Of a stretch of DNA of 64,000 nucleotides, positions 29,790 through 40,900 are shown piece after piece. The position numbers and the translations under genes were made by a program. Each line of letters starts with the position of its first letter. Position 1 is the first letter of the stretch. The DNA lies in contig CP128817.1 in assembly GCA_051546255.1 (NCBI GenBank), positions 1,550,001-1,614,000 on the forward strand, given 5' to 3'. The notes below the pieces were generated by a model, which had not been told where the DNA came from, did no database searches, and was given only the letters and a program-made list of their open reading frames with translations. Source of the stretch: Meyerozyma guilliermondii. Taxonomy: Eukaryota.

Positions 29790-31214
29790 CTAAATCAACT
29801 CATTGGCAAACTGTTGTGCCAATTCCATCACAGAAAGAGAGTTCAAGTTAACACTAGAACCAGGTAGCGATCTAGAACCCAACCCAGGGGAAGATGGAGC
29901 TCCATTGGATGTGGAGGGAGGAGTTGCAAAATATTTGGAGAATTTAGGATCATTGTGAAGCGGTGGTGAAGCATGTAATGGTTTAGTAGGTGGAGGAGGT
30001 TGTTGTGTCTTTGCGGCGCCAAGATACTTGCTTACCATGTATCCGAATACCGATCGTGTCCATGAAGATCGTTCTGCCATATCCATATGTTGATTAAAAA
30101 AAGAAGTTGCATTTAATGTCATTTCGTCGTAGAGTTCGTCAAGGTTTTGTTGTGCTTGGGTGAATTTTATGTCCTTTTCTAAGGCTTGAGTTCGGTCGTA
30201 ACCGTATTGGTATGGTTGTATCTTTTCATCGTTGAGTTTATGCTCCAAAGTCCTCATAACTTTTATACAAACCAGGAGCATTTTGTTAAAGTTTTTGTTG
30301 TTGAACAAGAAAAGCTGGTTTTCCACAAACTTGGTGTATATGAGATACGATATAGGAATCATGAGTTTGAGTCCAATGAACATGAGCTTGATCAGAATCA
30401 ACACAAAAAGCTGAATTTTATCGATCACCGGTCCTGTGGTTTCAAATTTGTGCATCGACGTGAGTTTTTCAATGTCATTCTCATTCAAAACCAAGCGCTC
30501 AAGCTCATCATCGTTTGTAAGCCCCAAGTCCCTTCTGAGCATTTTCAAAAGCTGAATCTTGGTGTCATAGTCCAAAGAATCGAGAAAACTGTCAAATGTC
30601 ATTGCCGAGTTTAATGCTGGACTCACAAATTCCTGAGCTTCTTCAGGCGGCGTCGTCGCTTCTGCGATATCCACGTCTTTTTTATGTCCGAAAAACCTGA
30701 TTCTGCCCGCCAAACCGCCCATTCCTGAGGACACTACCCCCGATACGGACTTTCTGAACGTTGATGTTTCCGCTTCCTTCTCTTCGTTATGACCGCTTTG
30801 AACCAATACGGCGTTCAAGTTTTTGTAGATTAGATCATCAAACTTTTTGTTTTGATCGCTCAAATAACGATCAACATGGCTGCTAATATGACCGTTAATA
30901 GAACCCTCAACTGAGCCGTCAACAGAACCATCAACAGAACCATTTTCTCCTGAATATCTACGACAGCAGCCGTTTTCTTCAGGAATCCCTTCTATACCGC
31001 CACTATTTCGGTTACTCAAAAGCCGATTATGAACAAGTTGACGTGCCTGGGGAGAACTATTGGCGCTCTCATAGTCATCGGAGGTTTCCCCATCTTCACT
31101 GATAAGACTTATCTCGTCACTGGATTCACTTCTGGAGCTCCCAACCCACCCTGCTGCTCGCAGCACCAAAGGAACCCGGCTTGTTACAGCTCCAACTATT
31201 GCAAGTAGCCCCAT
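29790..31214 (-). CDS. Hypothetical 474-aa membrane protein
   Basis: Long ORF with a hydrophobic N-terminus, one long hydrophobic segment (IQLFVLILIKLMFIGLKLMIPISYLIY), GSVD-type repeats and a Pro/Ser tail. Confidence 0.75.
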   Translation of the reverse strand: MGLLAIVGAVTSRVPLVLRAAGWVGSSRSESSDEISLISEDGETSDDYESANSSPQARQLVHNRLLSNRNSGGIEGIPEENGCCRRYSGENGSVDGSVDGSVEGSINGHISSHVDRYLSDQNKKFDDLIYKNLNAVLVQSGHNEEKEAETSTFRKSVSGVVSSGMGGLAGRIRFFGHKKDVDIAEATTPPEEAQEFVSPALNSAMTFDSFLDSLDYDTKIQLLKMLRRDLGLTNDDELERLVLNENDIEKLTSMHKFETTGPVIDKIQLFVLILIKLMFIGLKLMIPISYLIYTKFVENQLFLFNNKNFNKMLLVCIKVMRTLEHKLNDEKIQPYQYGYDRTQALEKDIKFTQAQQNLDELYDEMTLNATSFFNQHMDMAERSSWTRSVFGYMVSKYLGAAKTQQPPPPTKPLHASPPLHNDPKFSKYFATPPSTSNGAPSSPGLGSRSLPGSSVNLNSLSVMELAQQFANELI

Positions 31215-31424
31215 AAATAAAATTTAAGGAAGAACTCCATCCCCAACAACCATCGCTTCTCTCACATGGCAGACTGCACACAGCCCGATATGTTGCAGCA
31301 GCAGAAGCGCACAATGCGGAGTCTGTCCCACTATTGCGCACCTGACTGAGCTTGTGGTCCTGCAGGGAGCCCACCCAATCCATAATCATGCAGCAGCAAC
31401 CAATGTATTCTTCTTCCACTGACC

Positions 31425-32240
31425 ATGTCGACGTTCATTGTCAAGTTCATAGCAAATCGATTACTCAAGGATAACCAGTGGAACAAGTTTGGCGTGGAGG
31501 ATCCGTTCTACGAATATGTTCCTGTTCATGTAAATGAAAAATCTGGCAAGACTCTGTACAAAAAGGTCACTCGCAGGGTGCCTCAAGGATTGTCTGCCAA
31601 TGACGAAAAAGTACTTAATCTGGTGAGAAAGCGTGCGTACCGCTATGATATGTGGTTCCAGTTTATGGGGGTGAAGTTTGGTTGGACCAATATCGTTGGT
31701 TTTGTCCCGATTGTAGGGACTTTGGTGTCGACTTATTGGTCGCTTGGACTCTTGTGGCTGGCTCGCCAGTTGGATGACGGCTTGCCTTTCGATTTGCAGT
31801 TACTTTACTTGCTCAACATTGCCATAGACTTTTTATTGGGACTCATTCCGTTTGTTGGAGACCTCATTGAAGTGGGCTACAAATCCAACCTGAGAAACTT
31901 TTTGCTCTTGGAGAAACATTTGGACCGTGTGGGCCAAAAGAACATGGGATTGATTTCCCCTGAAGAGGTTAGACCGGGTTTCATCAACGACAAGGTCAAA
32001 CCTATGGTGGACGAGTCGATTGTTCCTGGCGCCAAATTGGCCGGCGAAAAAATCAAGAGCTTTATTCACGACCACAGCGCCTCCAGCTCCGGAGTTAGCA
32101 CGCCAAAACTCAAATCTTCAGTAGCATCAGCAACCACTCTGACTGCGCCCACCACTGTTTCCGGTTCGGTTCCCGATGCAGGTTCCGACGCTGCCACCGT
32201 TGCCCTGTCCATAGACGGCCGCAGCAAAAAGAGTATTTAG
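31425..32240 (+). CDS. DUF4112-family membrane protein
   Basis: GVKFGWTNIVGFVPIVG ... NIAIDFLLGLIPFVGDLIEVGYKSN.RN..LLE pattern. Confidence 0.8.
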   Translation: MSTFIVKFIANRLLKDNQWNKFGVEDPFYEYVPVHVNEKSGKTLYKKVTRRVPQGLSANDEKVLNLVRKRAYRYDMWFQFMGVKFGWTNIVGFVPIVGTLVSTYWSLGLLWLARQLDDGLPFDLQLLYLLNIAIDFLLGLIPFVGDLIEVGYKSNLRNFLLLEKHLDRVGQKNMGLISPEEVRPGFINDKVKPMVDESIVPGAKLAGEKIKSFIHDHSASSSGVSTPKLKSSVASATTLTAPTTVSGSVPDAGSDAATVALSIDGRSKKSI

Positions 32241-32364
32241 ACAATAAAGACTTCACTCAAAGAAAATAGAGTCTTGCTCATTTTTTGCACCCATCATCCC
32301 GCTTACGTAACCGGTATAGCCATCGTCATTTGATTCAGCCGAGTCCATCAACAACACCAAGTCG

Positions 32365-34644
32365 ATGGCGGCGCATGCTAACGACAGTATACCGCTACAG
32401 GAGGTAGAGGCAGCACCCAGCAGTGATCTGGGCATAGAAAATGGCCACAAACGTTCTGGAGAATTTAGTGAACAAGTTCAAACCGACAAACTCACCGTCG
32501 AAAATGACATTGAATTGGCAACGATAAATTCTACGGAGGCTGTTTTGGACACCAAGAAAGACGCTCTTGACGAAGTAAACGGATCAGCAAATAAAATCCT
32601 GGAGCAAGAACTTCGGCCGGATTTGGCTCAGTTTATGGCAGCTTGTCAGCTGGGTGATTTGCCAACTATACAAGATTTGGTGACCAGCGGGAAGGTTCAA
32701 GCGACGGAAACGTTTTCAGACGGGATCACTGGGCTTCATTGGGCCGCAATCAACAATCGCATTCAAACCGTCAAGTATTTGGTGGAACAAAAAGTCAACG
32801 TCAATGCATTGGGAGGAGAGTTAAGGGCTTCCCCTTTACACTGGGCATGCAGAAATGGTCTAGTATACGTTGTGGACTATTTGCTTTGCCATACCGATGC
32901 AGATCCTGCTCTTCGCGATGCCCAGTCTTATAATGCACTTCATTTGGCTACCCATAGTTCCAACATAACCCTACTCGTTTATATGCTTCTTTCTTGCTGT
33001 GGACTGGGAAAAAAGTTGTATGTTGACGAACCCGATAGCTGCAACAGAACATGTTTGCATTGGGCGGCATATCAAGGTGATATTATGAGTGTTAATGCTC
33101 TTTTAAGGTTCGGCGCCGATGCCAGTAAGGTCGACAATACCTTGTTCCTTCCGCTTCATTGGGCATTTATGAAGGGCTACAAGTCGGTTTTGAAGACATT
33201 GTTGGAAGCAGGCTCGGATATCTTTGCCAAAAACGACCAGGGAAAGGACTCGTTTGCTGTGGCCAAAGATATGAACTGCTACGATTTATGGGTAAAAGTA
33301 CTCAAGGAAGCCAATCGCGACCCCAAAAAGGAATGGGCCATCAAGTACCGCTGGCTTGATCCCAGGTTGGCCAAATTAGTGACGTTTTTTACCCCATATG
33401 TTGTGTTGCCAATAGTGTTCGAGATCTGCTCGTTCCATAATGGTTTTGCAATTCCCAAATTATTTTCATCGGTGATCCTTTTCGTGGCCATGTTCTACTT
33501 CCTAAGCTACGTCATTGTTCCCAACTACCTACTTGAAGATAAGCCGATTCCCAAGTCGCCATTTTTAGCGGGCATTTTTTCAGGTACGGCTTTCTGGTGC
33601 ATTATTGTTTGGATAACAAAGTTACTTCCCAACATCTCACTTGCAAATGTTCTCGTCAACTTGATTCTCGCGGTGCTCATTGTTGGATTTGTCTTTTGTT
33701 TCTTCAAGGCAATGTTCATAAACCCAGGATTCGTACCGACTCCCACTGACAATGAAGTCATACTCGAACAGGTCAAAGACTTGATTGACTTGGGAAAATT
33801 CGACACCGACCATTTCTGCGTGGACACATTTGTTCGCAAACCATTACGGTCCAAATACTCACGATTCAACAAGCGGTTGGTGGCCAGATTCGACCACTAC
33901 TGCCCATGGATCTACAATGACGTTGGGGTAAGAAATCACAAACTTTTCATGACTTTTGTCTTTGCATTGCATTGGGCTATAGTACTCTTCACCTACTTGA
34001 CTATAGATCTTTTCAGCACTTTGGAAGATGCTCCAGGGTATGAAAGCGACGACGAATCCAACCAGTGCAGCCTTCTCTCAGACGACTTATGCTTGGGGTT
34101 CAAACATCACCATTTCCATTTCAATTTGATGGTTTGGTGCTTATTGCAATATATCTGGATTGCGTCCCTCTGCTTGGGGCAAATGTTCCAGATTTCGAAA
34201 GGTTTAACGACGTGGGAATTCCGTCTTCTCAACTCACAAATGGAGAGAACAAGCGCCTACAATCATTCCACGGTACCTCCAGACTATGGTGTGGGAATTG
34301 CTACAGCTTCCAACCAACCAGCCTCACCCACACACAGACATAAACTGCCTTTTACTACATGCATTCAGTTGGTGGGACTCGACCAATTCTTCATGACTGC
34401 CAAATTAACAATCATGTCTTTCATCAATCGCACTTCAAATGAAGCCTACAATCCATTGGAGACGGTAGATGTTCCTTTTGACCATGGAATTAAGCAGAAT
34501 TGGCTTGACTTTTGGTTTCTCGGCGAAATCAAATTCAGAAGTCTTTTCTTCTTGCCAATTGAAGGAGAGAACAATTTGAATGGCCAAGTGGTGGACTACT
34601 ATAAACTTTATGAGGTGCCGAAACATGCCCGCGAACTTGTATAG
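32365..34644 (+). CDS. AKR1: Ankyrin-repeat DHHC (DHYC) palmitoyltransferase
   Basis: Several ankyrin repeats (LHWAAINN, PLHWACRNG), RKPLRSKYS, FDHYCPW and a TTWE motif. Confidence 0.95.
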   Translation: MAAHANDSIPLQEVEAAPSSDLGIENGHKRSGEFSEQVQTDKLTVENDIELATINSTEAVLDTKKDALDEVNGSANKILEQELRPDLAQFMAACQLGDLPTIQDLVTSGKVQATETFSDGITGLHWAAINNRIQTVKYLVEQKVNVNALGGELRASPLHWACRNGLVYVVDYLLCHTDADPALRDAQSYNALHLATHSSNITLLVYMLLSCCGLGKKLYVDEPDSCNRTCLHWAAYQGDIMSVNALLRFGADASKVDNTLFLPLHWAFMKGYKSVLKTLLEAGSDIFAKNDQGKDSFAVAKDMNCYDLWVKVLKEANRDPKKEWAIKYRWLDPRLAKLVTFFTPYVVLPIVFEICSFHNGFAIPKLFSSVILFVAMFYFLSYVIVPNYLLEDKPIPKSPFLAGIFSGTAFWCIIVWITKLLPNISLANVLVNLILAVLIVGFVFCFFKAMFINPGFVPTPTDNEVILEQVKDLIDLGKFDTDHFCVDTFVRKPLRSKYSRFNKRLVARFDHYCPWIYNDVGVRNHKLFMTFVFALHWAIVLFTYLTIDLFSTLEDAPGYESDDESNQCSLLSDDLCLGFKHHHFHFNLMVWCLLQYIWIASLCLGQMFQISKGLTTWEFRLLNSQMERTSAYNHSTVPPDYGVGIATASNQPASPTHRHKLPFTTCIQLVGLDQFFMTAKLTIMSFINRTSNEAYNPLETVDVPFDHGIKQNWLDFWFLGEIKFRSLFFLPIEGENNLNGQVVDYYKLYEVPKHARELV

Positions 34645-34799
34645 ATGAAATACTACATTGATATCAGTGGAGAAATCTGTATTGCTAAAGAAAACCACTA
34701 CTTTTGGCCGACATACCAACAGGTGTTGCTATAGTCACCACAATCGACACCGAGCAAGCAAAAGCAAGCAAATGCAAACTCAAATGAGAATTGTGAGTA

Positions 34800-35093
34800 A
34801 CTTGTCAGACAGCCACTTACACCCACCCCAATCTAAAACCTCCGAAGAAGTATGAAGAAAGGGGTCAAGATCATCGCTCCTTTTAAAAGACACAGGATAA
34901 ATCCAAGTCTTATAACTAAAAGGCAAAAAATAGGTAGATGACCAGACCGCTAAGGATCACAGTCAAGCTAAATATAGTCTCACTTTGAGGGTGTAAGGGT
35001 ATCTCACTCATCAACCAAGTTGGATTCAGTGGCTCTTTTGAAGAGTCAAAGAGGGACGTGACCTATAGAAATGATCCTATGAAGTACGTCGAC
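34800..35093 (-). ncRNA. SNR17: U3 box C/D snoRNA, ~294 nt, intronless
   Basis: Minus strand reads GTCGACGTACTTCATAGGATCATTTCTATAGG...CTCTTTGACTCTTCAAAAGAGCCACTGAATCCAACTTGGTTGATGAG (boxes A', A, C'), then GATGATCTTGAC (box C), and ends GTCTGACAAGT (box D). This closely matches S. cerevisiae U3. Confidence 0.95.
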
Positions 35094-35123
35094 AAAGAAA
35101 AAAACGTTCCAAGGTCGAGCTTC

Positions 35124-35184
35124 TTTTATAGCCGGCAGATCGGTGCGCGCACGACCTCATCTCGCCAACGCACACGACCTCATC
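35124..35184. promoter_or_regulatory. U3 promoter: TATA plus a duplicated 12-mer with PAC-like core
   Basis: TATAAAA on minus at 35124-35130. CACGACCTCATC at 35150-35161 and 35173-35184 (reverse complement contains GATGAG). Confidence 0.6.
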
Positions 35185-35547
35185 GGACACGGTAAACGCC
35201 ATGGGGGCAACAGCCGGTGCTGGCAGCCCAATTGAGGATGAAAATGCCGTAGATATCTTGTGTATGTAGGCCTATAAAGGAAAATGCGTCATTATGCGTT
35301 TTGAGGCAGATGAGGTAATAATTTAATTTACAGGCTCAATTGAACTTTAGTTAGATTATTGAGTATCCTGGTAGGTTCGGAGAGCTTACTACATGCTTTT
35401 TTTTCGCTGCTTTTTGGTCTTTAAGTGGAAAATTTATGCTGCAAGTAGAAAAAAGTGAATTGTATTGCATATAGAAGAATACCGTATTAATACTGCATAG
35501 AAGAACAGGTTGTCTTTTACTGCATGTAGCTAACAGTCAACTACCTG

Positions 35548-36915
35548 ATGTACCAGGTACCCAATGGGTACTTTAAAAGAATCAAATGTCCTGAGGAAAG
35601 ACGCAATGGTACATGTGAAGTGGTGAACTGCATATTTGGTCATATAGCCAACCAATACGAACCCAAAGCTAAAAGACGTCAAACTAGCAGAATCGAACCC
35701 GAAGCTGTCCAATCGGATTTACCCAAAACAGCCCATTTAACCGACGATACCAGGCCTTTAGATGGAATTGTGAAGAAAGAAAAGAGTTCTGAACATGATC
35801 CAGCCTATATTTTACCAAAAGAAGTTGTTCCGGCGCCGGCTCAGCTTTCTGCTCGCAAGCACTATATCAAGGTGATGTCTAAAATCATAGCGAAAATTGA
35901 CCCCAACGAGCCTACGCCGATATTAAGAGCCACCGAAATCGAATACAAAGTGGCGCAAAACGCCACCACGGCCACATATGTCCAATTGGTTAAGAAGAAA
36001 GCATATGAGTTGGAACACCCCGAAAAATTCAAACGCAGGACCAAAGAATGGACAGATAGCGATTTCTTGGAAGCTCTTGAGCAGCGCATAGTACCACAGG
36101 AAACTCTAAGCAAATTCGGGTATATTACTCTGGCGCCCAAACCCATTATTCCTAGTAATAATCGCATATGTCGACGGTGTTCGACGGAATTCAAATTGGA
36201 AGATCAACTCGAATCAAAACGATGTTTCTATCATCCAGGAAAGATAGCCAAGAAGGACAAGAATACCCGGATCTACACTTGCTGCTGTGCTGAAGTGACG
36301 CCTGAAACTGACCCTTGTACCAGCGCAGACCACCACGTTTTCAGCTGGTCTAATCCAGGCGAGATGCACTTTTTCCTTCCATTCAAGTCTACCGAAGATC
36401 TCTTTCCCTTCAACGACAAAGCATACAAAGCCATTGGTATCGACTGTGAGATGGGTTTCACCACCCAGGGATTCGAACTCTTACGAGTTACAGCAATTGA
36501 CTTTTTTTCAGGCAAGGAAGTTATTGACATACTTGTGAAACCAATTGGGGAAGTTGTGGACTTGAATACCAAGTTTTCAGGTGTAGCAAGTATCAAAGAT
36601 GACGCAGATAGCTTTTGGGAGGGTATATCCAAGCTAGGCCAAGTCATGGACCATAGGACCATACTCATAGGCCATGGTCTCGAGAACGACTTGAATGCCA
36701 TGAGGATATTGCACAAGCGAGTGATTGATACTGCAATCTTGTATCCGAAACATAAGGCCACACCGAAGTTTAGGTACTCGTTGAAGCAGCTTGCGTTTGA
36801 ATATCTTGGTCGCGTGATCCAAACTGGTGAGCATGATAGTGGAGAAGACTCGCTTGCGGCTATAGATGTTGTCAAGCATTTTATAAAGAAAGAAGATGAG
36901 CAAACCAGTCGATAA
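35548..36915 (+). CDS. REX3: DEDDh RNA exonuclease Rex3
   Basis: N-terminal Cys/His cluster, CFYHPGK, GIDCEMGFT, IGHGLENDL, HDSGEDSLAA. Confidence 0.88.
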   Translation: MYQVPNGYFKRIKCPEERRNGTCEVVNCIFGHIANQYEPKAKRRQTSRIEPEAVQSDLPKTAHLTDDTRPLDGIVKKEKSSEHDPAYILPKEVVPAPAQLSARKHYIKVMSKIIAKIDPNEPTPILRATEIEYKVAQNATTATYVQLVKKKAYELEHPEKFKRRTKEWTDSDFLEALEQRIVPQETLSKFGYITLAPKPIIPSNNRICRRCSTEFKLEDQLESKRCFYHPGKIAKKDKNTRIYTCCCAEVTPETDPCTSADHHVFSWSNPGEMHFFLPFKSTEDLFPFNDKAYKAIGIDCEMGFTTQGFELLRVTAIDFFSGKEVIDILVKPIGEVVDLNTKFSGVASIKDDADSFWEGISKLGQVMDHRTILIGHGLENDLNAMRILHKRVIDTAILYPKHKATPKFRYSLKQLAFEYLGRVIQTGEHDSGEDSLAAIDVVKHFIKKEDEQTSR

Positions 36916-36926
36916 ACCTCGTTATT

Positions 36927-37595
36927 TCAATGCTCGATGAGCCGGTAACGAGGACTGCTGGATTCAGCGATATTTCGTTTGCATGTTGGTGATCTTCCAT
37001 GTCTGCAAGAAAATGTTCCATTCAAAGGAATGTCAACAAGTTTTTTGTCAATGAAGATTTGGTTCTCCTCGTTGCCAAACATACATTGCGGAGGAATTTC
37101 GACAACCGTTTGAATGTCTGCGTGAATCACATTTTCAACGAGAATCACTTGTGCAATATCCTGGTACCCTATGGCGCACTCGTACCCATAATCCAAGTCG
37201 TCGAATTGGGGATCAAGTATTACTCCTTTTTCTGCCGAACGCTGAAGAATAATGCTGGATAACTCGGCATCGACTGGATCTTGGTGTCTGTGGACGACAT
37301 CATGAATATTGAAAGTGGGCAGAATTACCGCTCGGAAACGCAGACTCATGTTGATACGGCACTCGGAAGCAGCATGTTCAACTTGGGAGTAATTGGCCAG
37401 CTTGAGAACATAGTTGACCAGTACGTTATCTAGACACAGCTTCTCCTTGGCACCAAGTTTAAGAGGTGGTTTTGTGATAAAAGTGTTGTATGTTTCGTGG
37501 ACTATATTCAACATGGTTAGTCTTCCATGTGACTTAAGGGAGATCGTAAGCAACAATTGCCCTGCTACCACGATTATATGAGGATTCAATCTCAT
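36927..37595 (-). CDS. Hypothetical 222-aa protein
   Basis: ATG-initiated ORF with globular-looking composition, filling the gap between REX3 and MSH6. No family recognised. Confidence 0.6.
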   Translation of the reverse strand: MRLNPHIIVVAGQLLLTISLKSHGRLTMLNIVHETYNTFITKPPLKLGAKEKLCLDNVLVNYVLKLANYSQVEHAASECRINMSLRFRAVILPTFNIHDVVHRHQDPVDAELSSIILQRSAEKGVILDPQFDDLDYGYECAIGYQDIAQVILVENVIHADIQTVVEIPPQCMFGNEENQIFIDKKLVDIPLNGTFSCRHGRSPTCKRNIAESSSPRYRLIEH

Positions 37596-37832
37596 AGTCT
37601 ATCAGTGAAAAATGGCTGCGAAACACAGAAGCGCGACTAGCCCAGGAGAAATATATACACAATTTGCTAATAGGCTCAATTCAATTCATAGCTCTGATTT
37701 GCTTGACCGCATTGACCGCATTGACTAATCTACTACTTAAAAAGTTGAATAATTAACCAATTGACTAATTGACCTTTTCAATCTATTTTCTACTTCTCTT
37801 CCTCTCTTCCTCTCTGCAGTTGCAGCACAACA

Positions 37833-37845
37833 ACGCGACGCGAAA
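37833..37845 (+). promoter_or_regulatory. Tandem MCB/SCB-like elements upstream of MSH6
   Basis: ACGCGACGCGAAA, about 60-70 bp before the ATG. Confidence 0.6.
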
Positions 37846-37905
37846 TCTCACGATTTTTAACCGCGCCGCGGAGTCTTTATCTTCAACTTCCTCGCTGCCA
37901 TTTAG

Positions 37906-40900
37906 ATGCCATCTACTCCAAAACAAAAGGCAGTAGAGACCAAATCCAGCTCCTCCAAGATGAGGCAGCTGTCGTTGATGTCTTTTTTTAAACCAGAAAA
38001 ACCCCAATCTTCGCCATTGCTGTCTAAGCAGACCTATCCCATCATAAAAGACGAAGTTAAAGAATCAAAAAAAGTAGTCTACCATGATAGCGACAAAGAA
38101 AACGACGCAGATATCAGCATTGAACTTCCGAGCCACGAGACGCCTCTCACGCTGGAATGTGATGCCAATTTTTCATCGAAACTGCTTCCTCCGCAATCGT
38201 CACCAATTCCCACCCAGCCGTCTGTTCAGCCCATTGACGAGCCTAAACGCCCACAGGAGGGTTCCAGTCCACTATCCAAGCGCGGACGTGCGAGAAAAAG
38301 CACCAGTTATGCCGAATCCGACGACGAAGACGTGACGGTGAAACGCAAGAAAACGAGAAGAATAGATGACAGCGACGACGACGAAGACGAATTCAAGGCT
38401 GAGGACTTGAGTGACGACGACGACGATATGAGTGATTTTATTGACGACGAAGCTGAACCAAGTGCGGAAGAAGCTGAAGACATAGAAATACTGGATGCTG
38501 AAGAGGAGGTGGTCAAGCCAAGGAAAAAGCCACGGAAATCTTCTCCCAAAAACTCACCTTCACCGGTCTCTACCACAGAAACTACGAACGTTCTTGGCGA
38601 AAAATTCAAAGCTGGCTCGTCATATTCAGCCCAGCCCAAGCAGGTGGCCACGAAATTAGTTACCAAAGCTGCCAAATCTCCCCCAAAAAACTTTGCCAAA
38701 GAGAACGAGGAACGGTACCAATGGCTCGTGAACGTTAGAGACGCCGAGAAACGAACCATGGATGACCCAAACTACGATCCGAGAACATTATATATCCCGC
38801 AATCTGCATGGTCTAAATTTACTGCTTTTGAAAAGCAATACTGGGAGATCAAAGGGGTGATGTGGGACACTGTAGTATTCTTCAAGAAGGGAAAGTTTTA
38901 TGAATTGTACGAAAATGATGCCACAATTGCCAACAGCGAATTTGACCTCAAGATCGCCGGTGGTGGAAGGGCAAATATGAAATTGGCAGGTATTCCAGAA
39001 ATGTCCTTCGAATATTGGGCCAAAGAGTTCATTAGTCATGGTTATAAAGTAGCCAAAGTGGACCAAAAGGAGTCATTATTGGCCAAGGAAATGAGAGGAG
39101 GTGGGACAAAGGAAGAAAAAATCATCAAAAGAGAACTTACTGGAGTACTTACCGGTGGTACATTGACAGATTTGAACATGTTAAGCGACGACATGTCTAC
39201 CTACTGCTTGAGCATAAAGCAGTTCGACAACTGGTTTGGTGTTGTATTTGTCGATACCGCAACCTCGGAACTCAACTTTTATCAATTTGAAGACGACAAT
39301 GAATGCACCAAGCTCGAAACACTTGTGACCCACGTCAGACCAAAAGAGGTAATCTGCGAGAAGCATAATCTTAGTAGCACCGCTACCAAGATTCTCAAGT
39401 ATACTGCTCAGCCCTCCAATCAGATCTGGAATACTCTTAATCCTAATACTGAATTTTGGGATTATGATACCACCCTTGAAAAGTTGGTATCGAGCAAATA
39501 TTATGATGCCACTGACCTCGATGATTTCTCAAACTATCCAGATGCACTCATAGCTTTCAAGGATAAAAACCAATACGCTTTCAGTGCATTTGGAGGACTC
39601 TTATCTTACCTCAAGTTCTTAAAATTGGACCACAATATCATGACAATGGGTAATATTCGTGAATATCAAATCACGACTCGTCTGGCAAAAAACATGATTC
39701 TAGATGGTATAACCTTGAACAACTTGGAGATACTCACGAATTCCTTTGATGGAAGCGACAAGGGAACTCTCTTTAAACTTTTGAATCGAGCCCAGTCGCC
39801 ATTTGGTAAAAGAATGCTAAAAAACTGGGTTTTGAATCCGCTCATGGTCAGTTCCGATATCAACGACAGACTAGACTCAGTTGAATACTTGATGGGAGAA
39901 GGAGCGGAGATCAAAGATATTTTGGAGAAGAGTTTGCTGGGACTTCCGGACCTTGAAAGGTTGATTGCCAGGACTCACTCCAAGAACATCAAATTCAAAG
40001 ACTTTTTAAAACTCATTGAAGGTTTCGAGAAAGTTTGTGGTACATTGCAGAACCTCAAAGATTTTGTGAAAGAAAGTTGTGGGTCCCTTTACAAGTATCT
40101 TCAAGGGTTCCCCACCGAATTAAAATCTTGCGTCAATGAATGGGAAGATGCCTTTGACAGGTCAGAAGCATTGAACGATGTTGTTGTTCCAGCGACAGGA
40201 GTGGATGAATCGTTTGATGCTTCGAGCGACCGTATGAAGAAACTTGAAGATATCTTGAATGAGCACTTGAGGAAATATAAAAAAGAGTATCGATCGAATG
40301 AAATTTGTTATAAAGATTCTGGAAAAGAGATATATTTGATCGAGGTACCCAACAAGGTAAAGAATATTCCTTCAGATTGGCACCAAATGGGGTCTACCTC
40401 CAAGGTTAAACGATTTTGGTCACCAGAAGTGAAAAAATTGGCTAGAGAGTTGATGGAACAACGTGAAACTCACAAGATGGTATGTGAAACCTTACGGTTT
40501 CGCATGTATGAAAGATTCTGCAAGCATTATAAAGTATGGAAATCCACCATTCACGTTCTTGCCAACATTGATTGTATTATAGCTCTCACGAAGACATCCG
40601 AGACCTTGGGACAACCTTCTTGTCGCCCTCAATTTGTCGAGGCAGATACCGGGTTAATCGACTTTAAAGATCTTCGTAACCCATGTTTTGTTACTTCAGG
40701 TGAGTTCATACCCAACGATGTTAGTCTTGGAGGTGACGAGGCACACTTTGGTTTGCTCACGGGTGCCAATGCAGCAGGAAAATCCACCTTAATGAGAACA
40801 ACAGCAATGGCGGTTGTAATGAGTCAAATAGGGTGTTTTGTACCTGCTTCGCACGCAAGACTTACCCCCGTGGACAAGATTATGACCCGACTCGGTGCCA

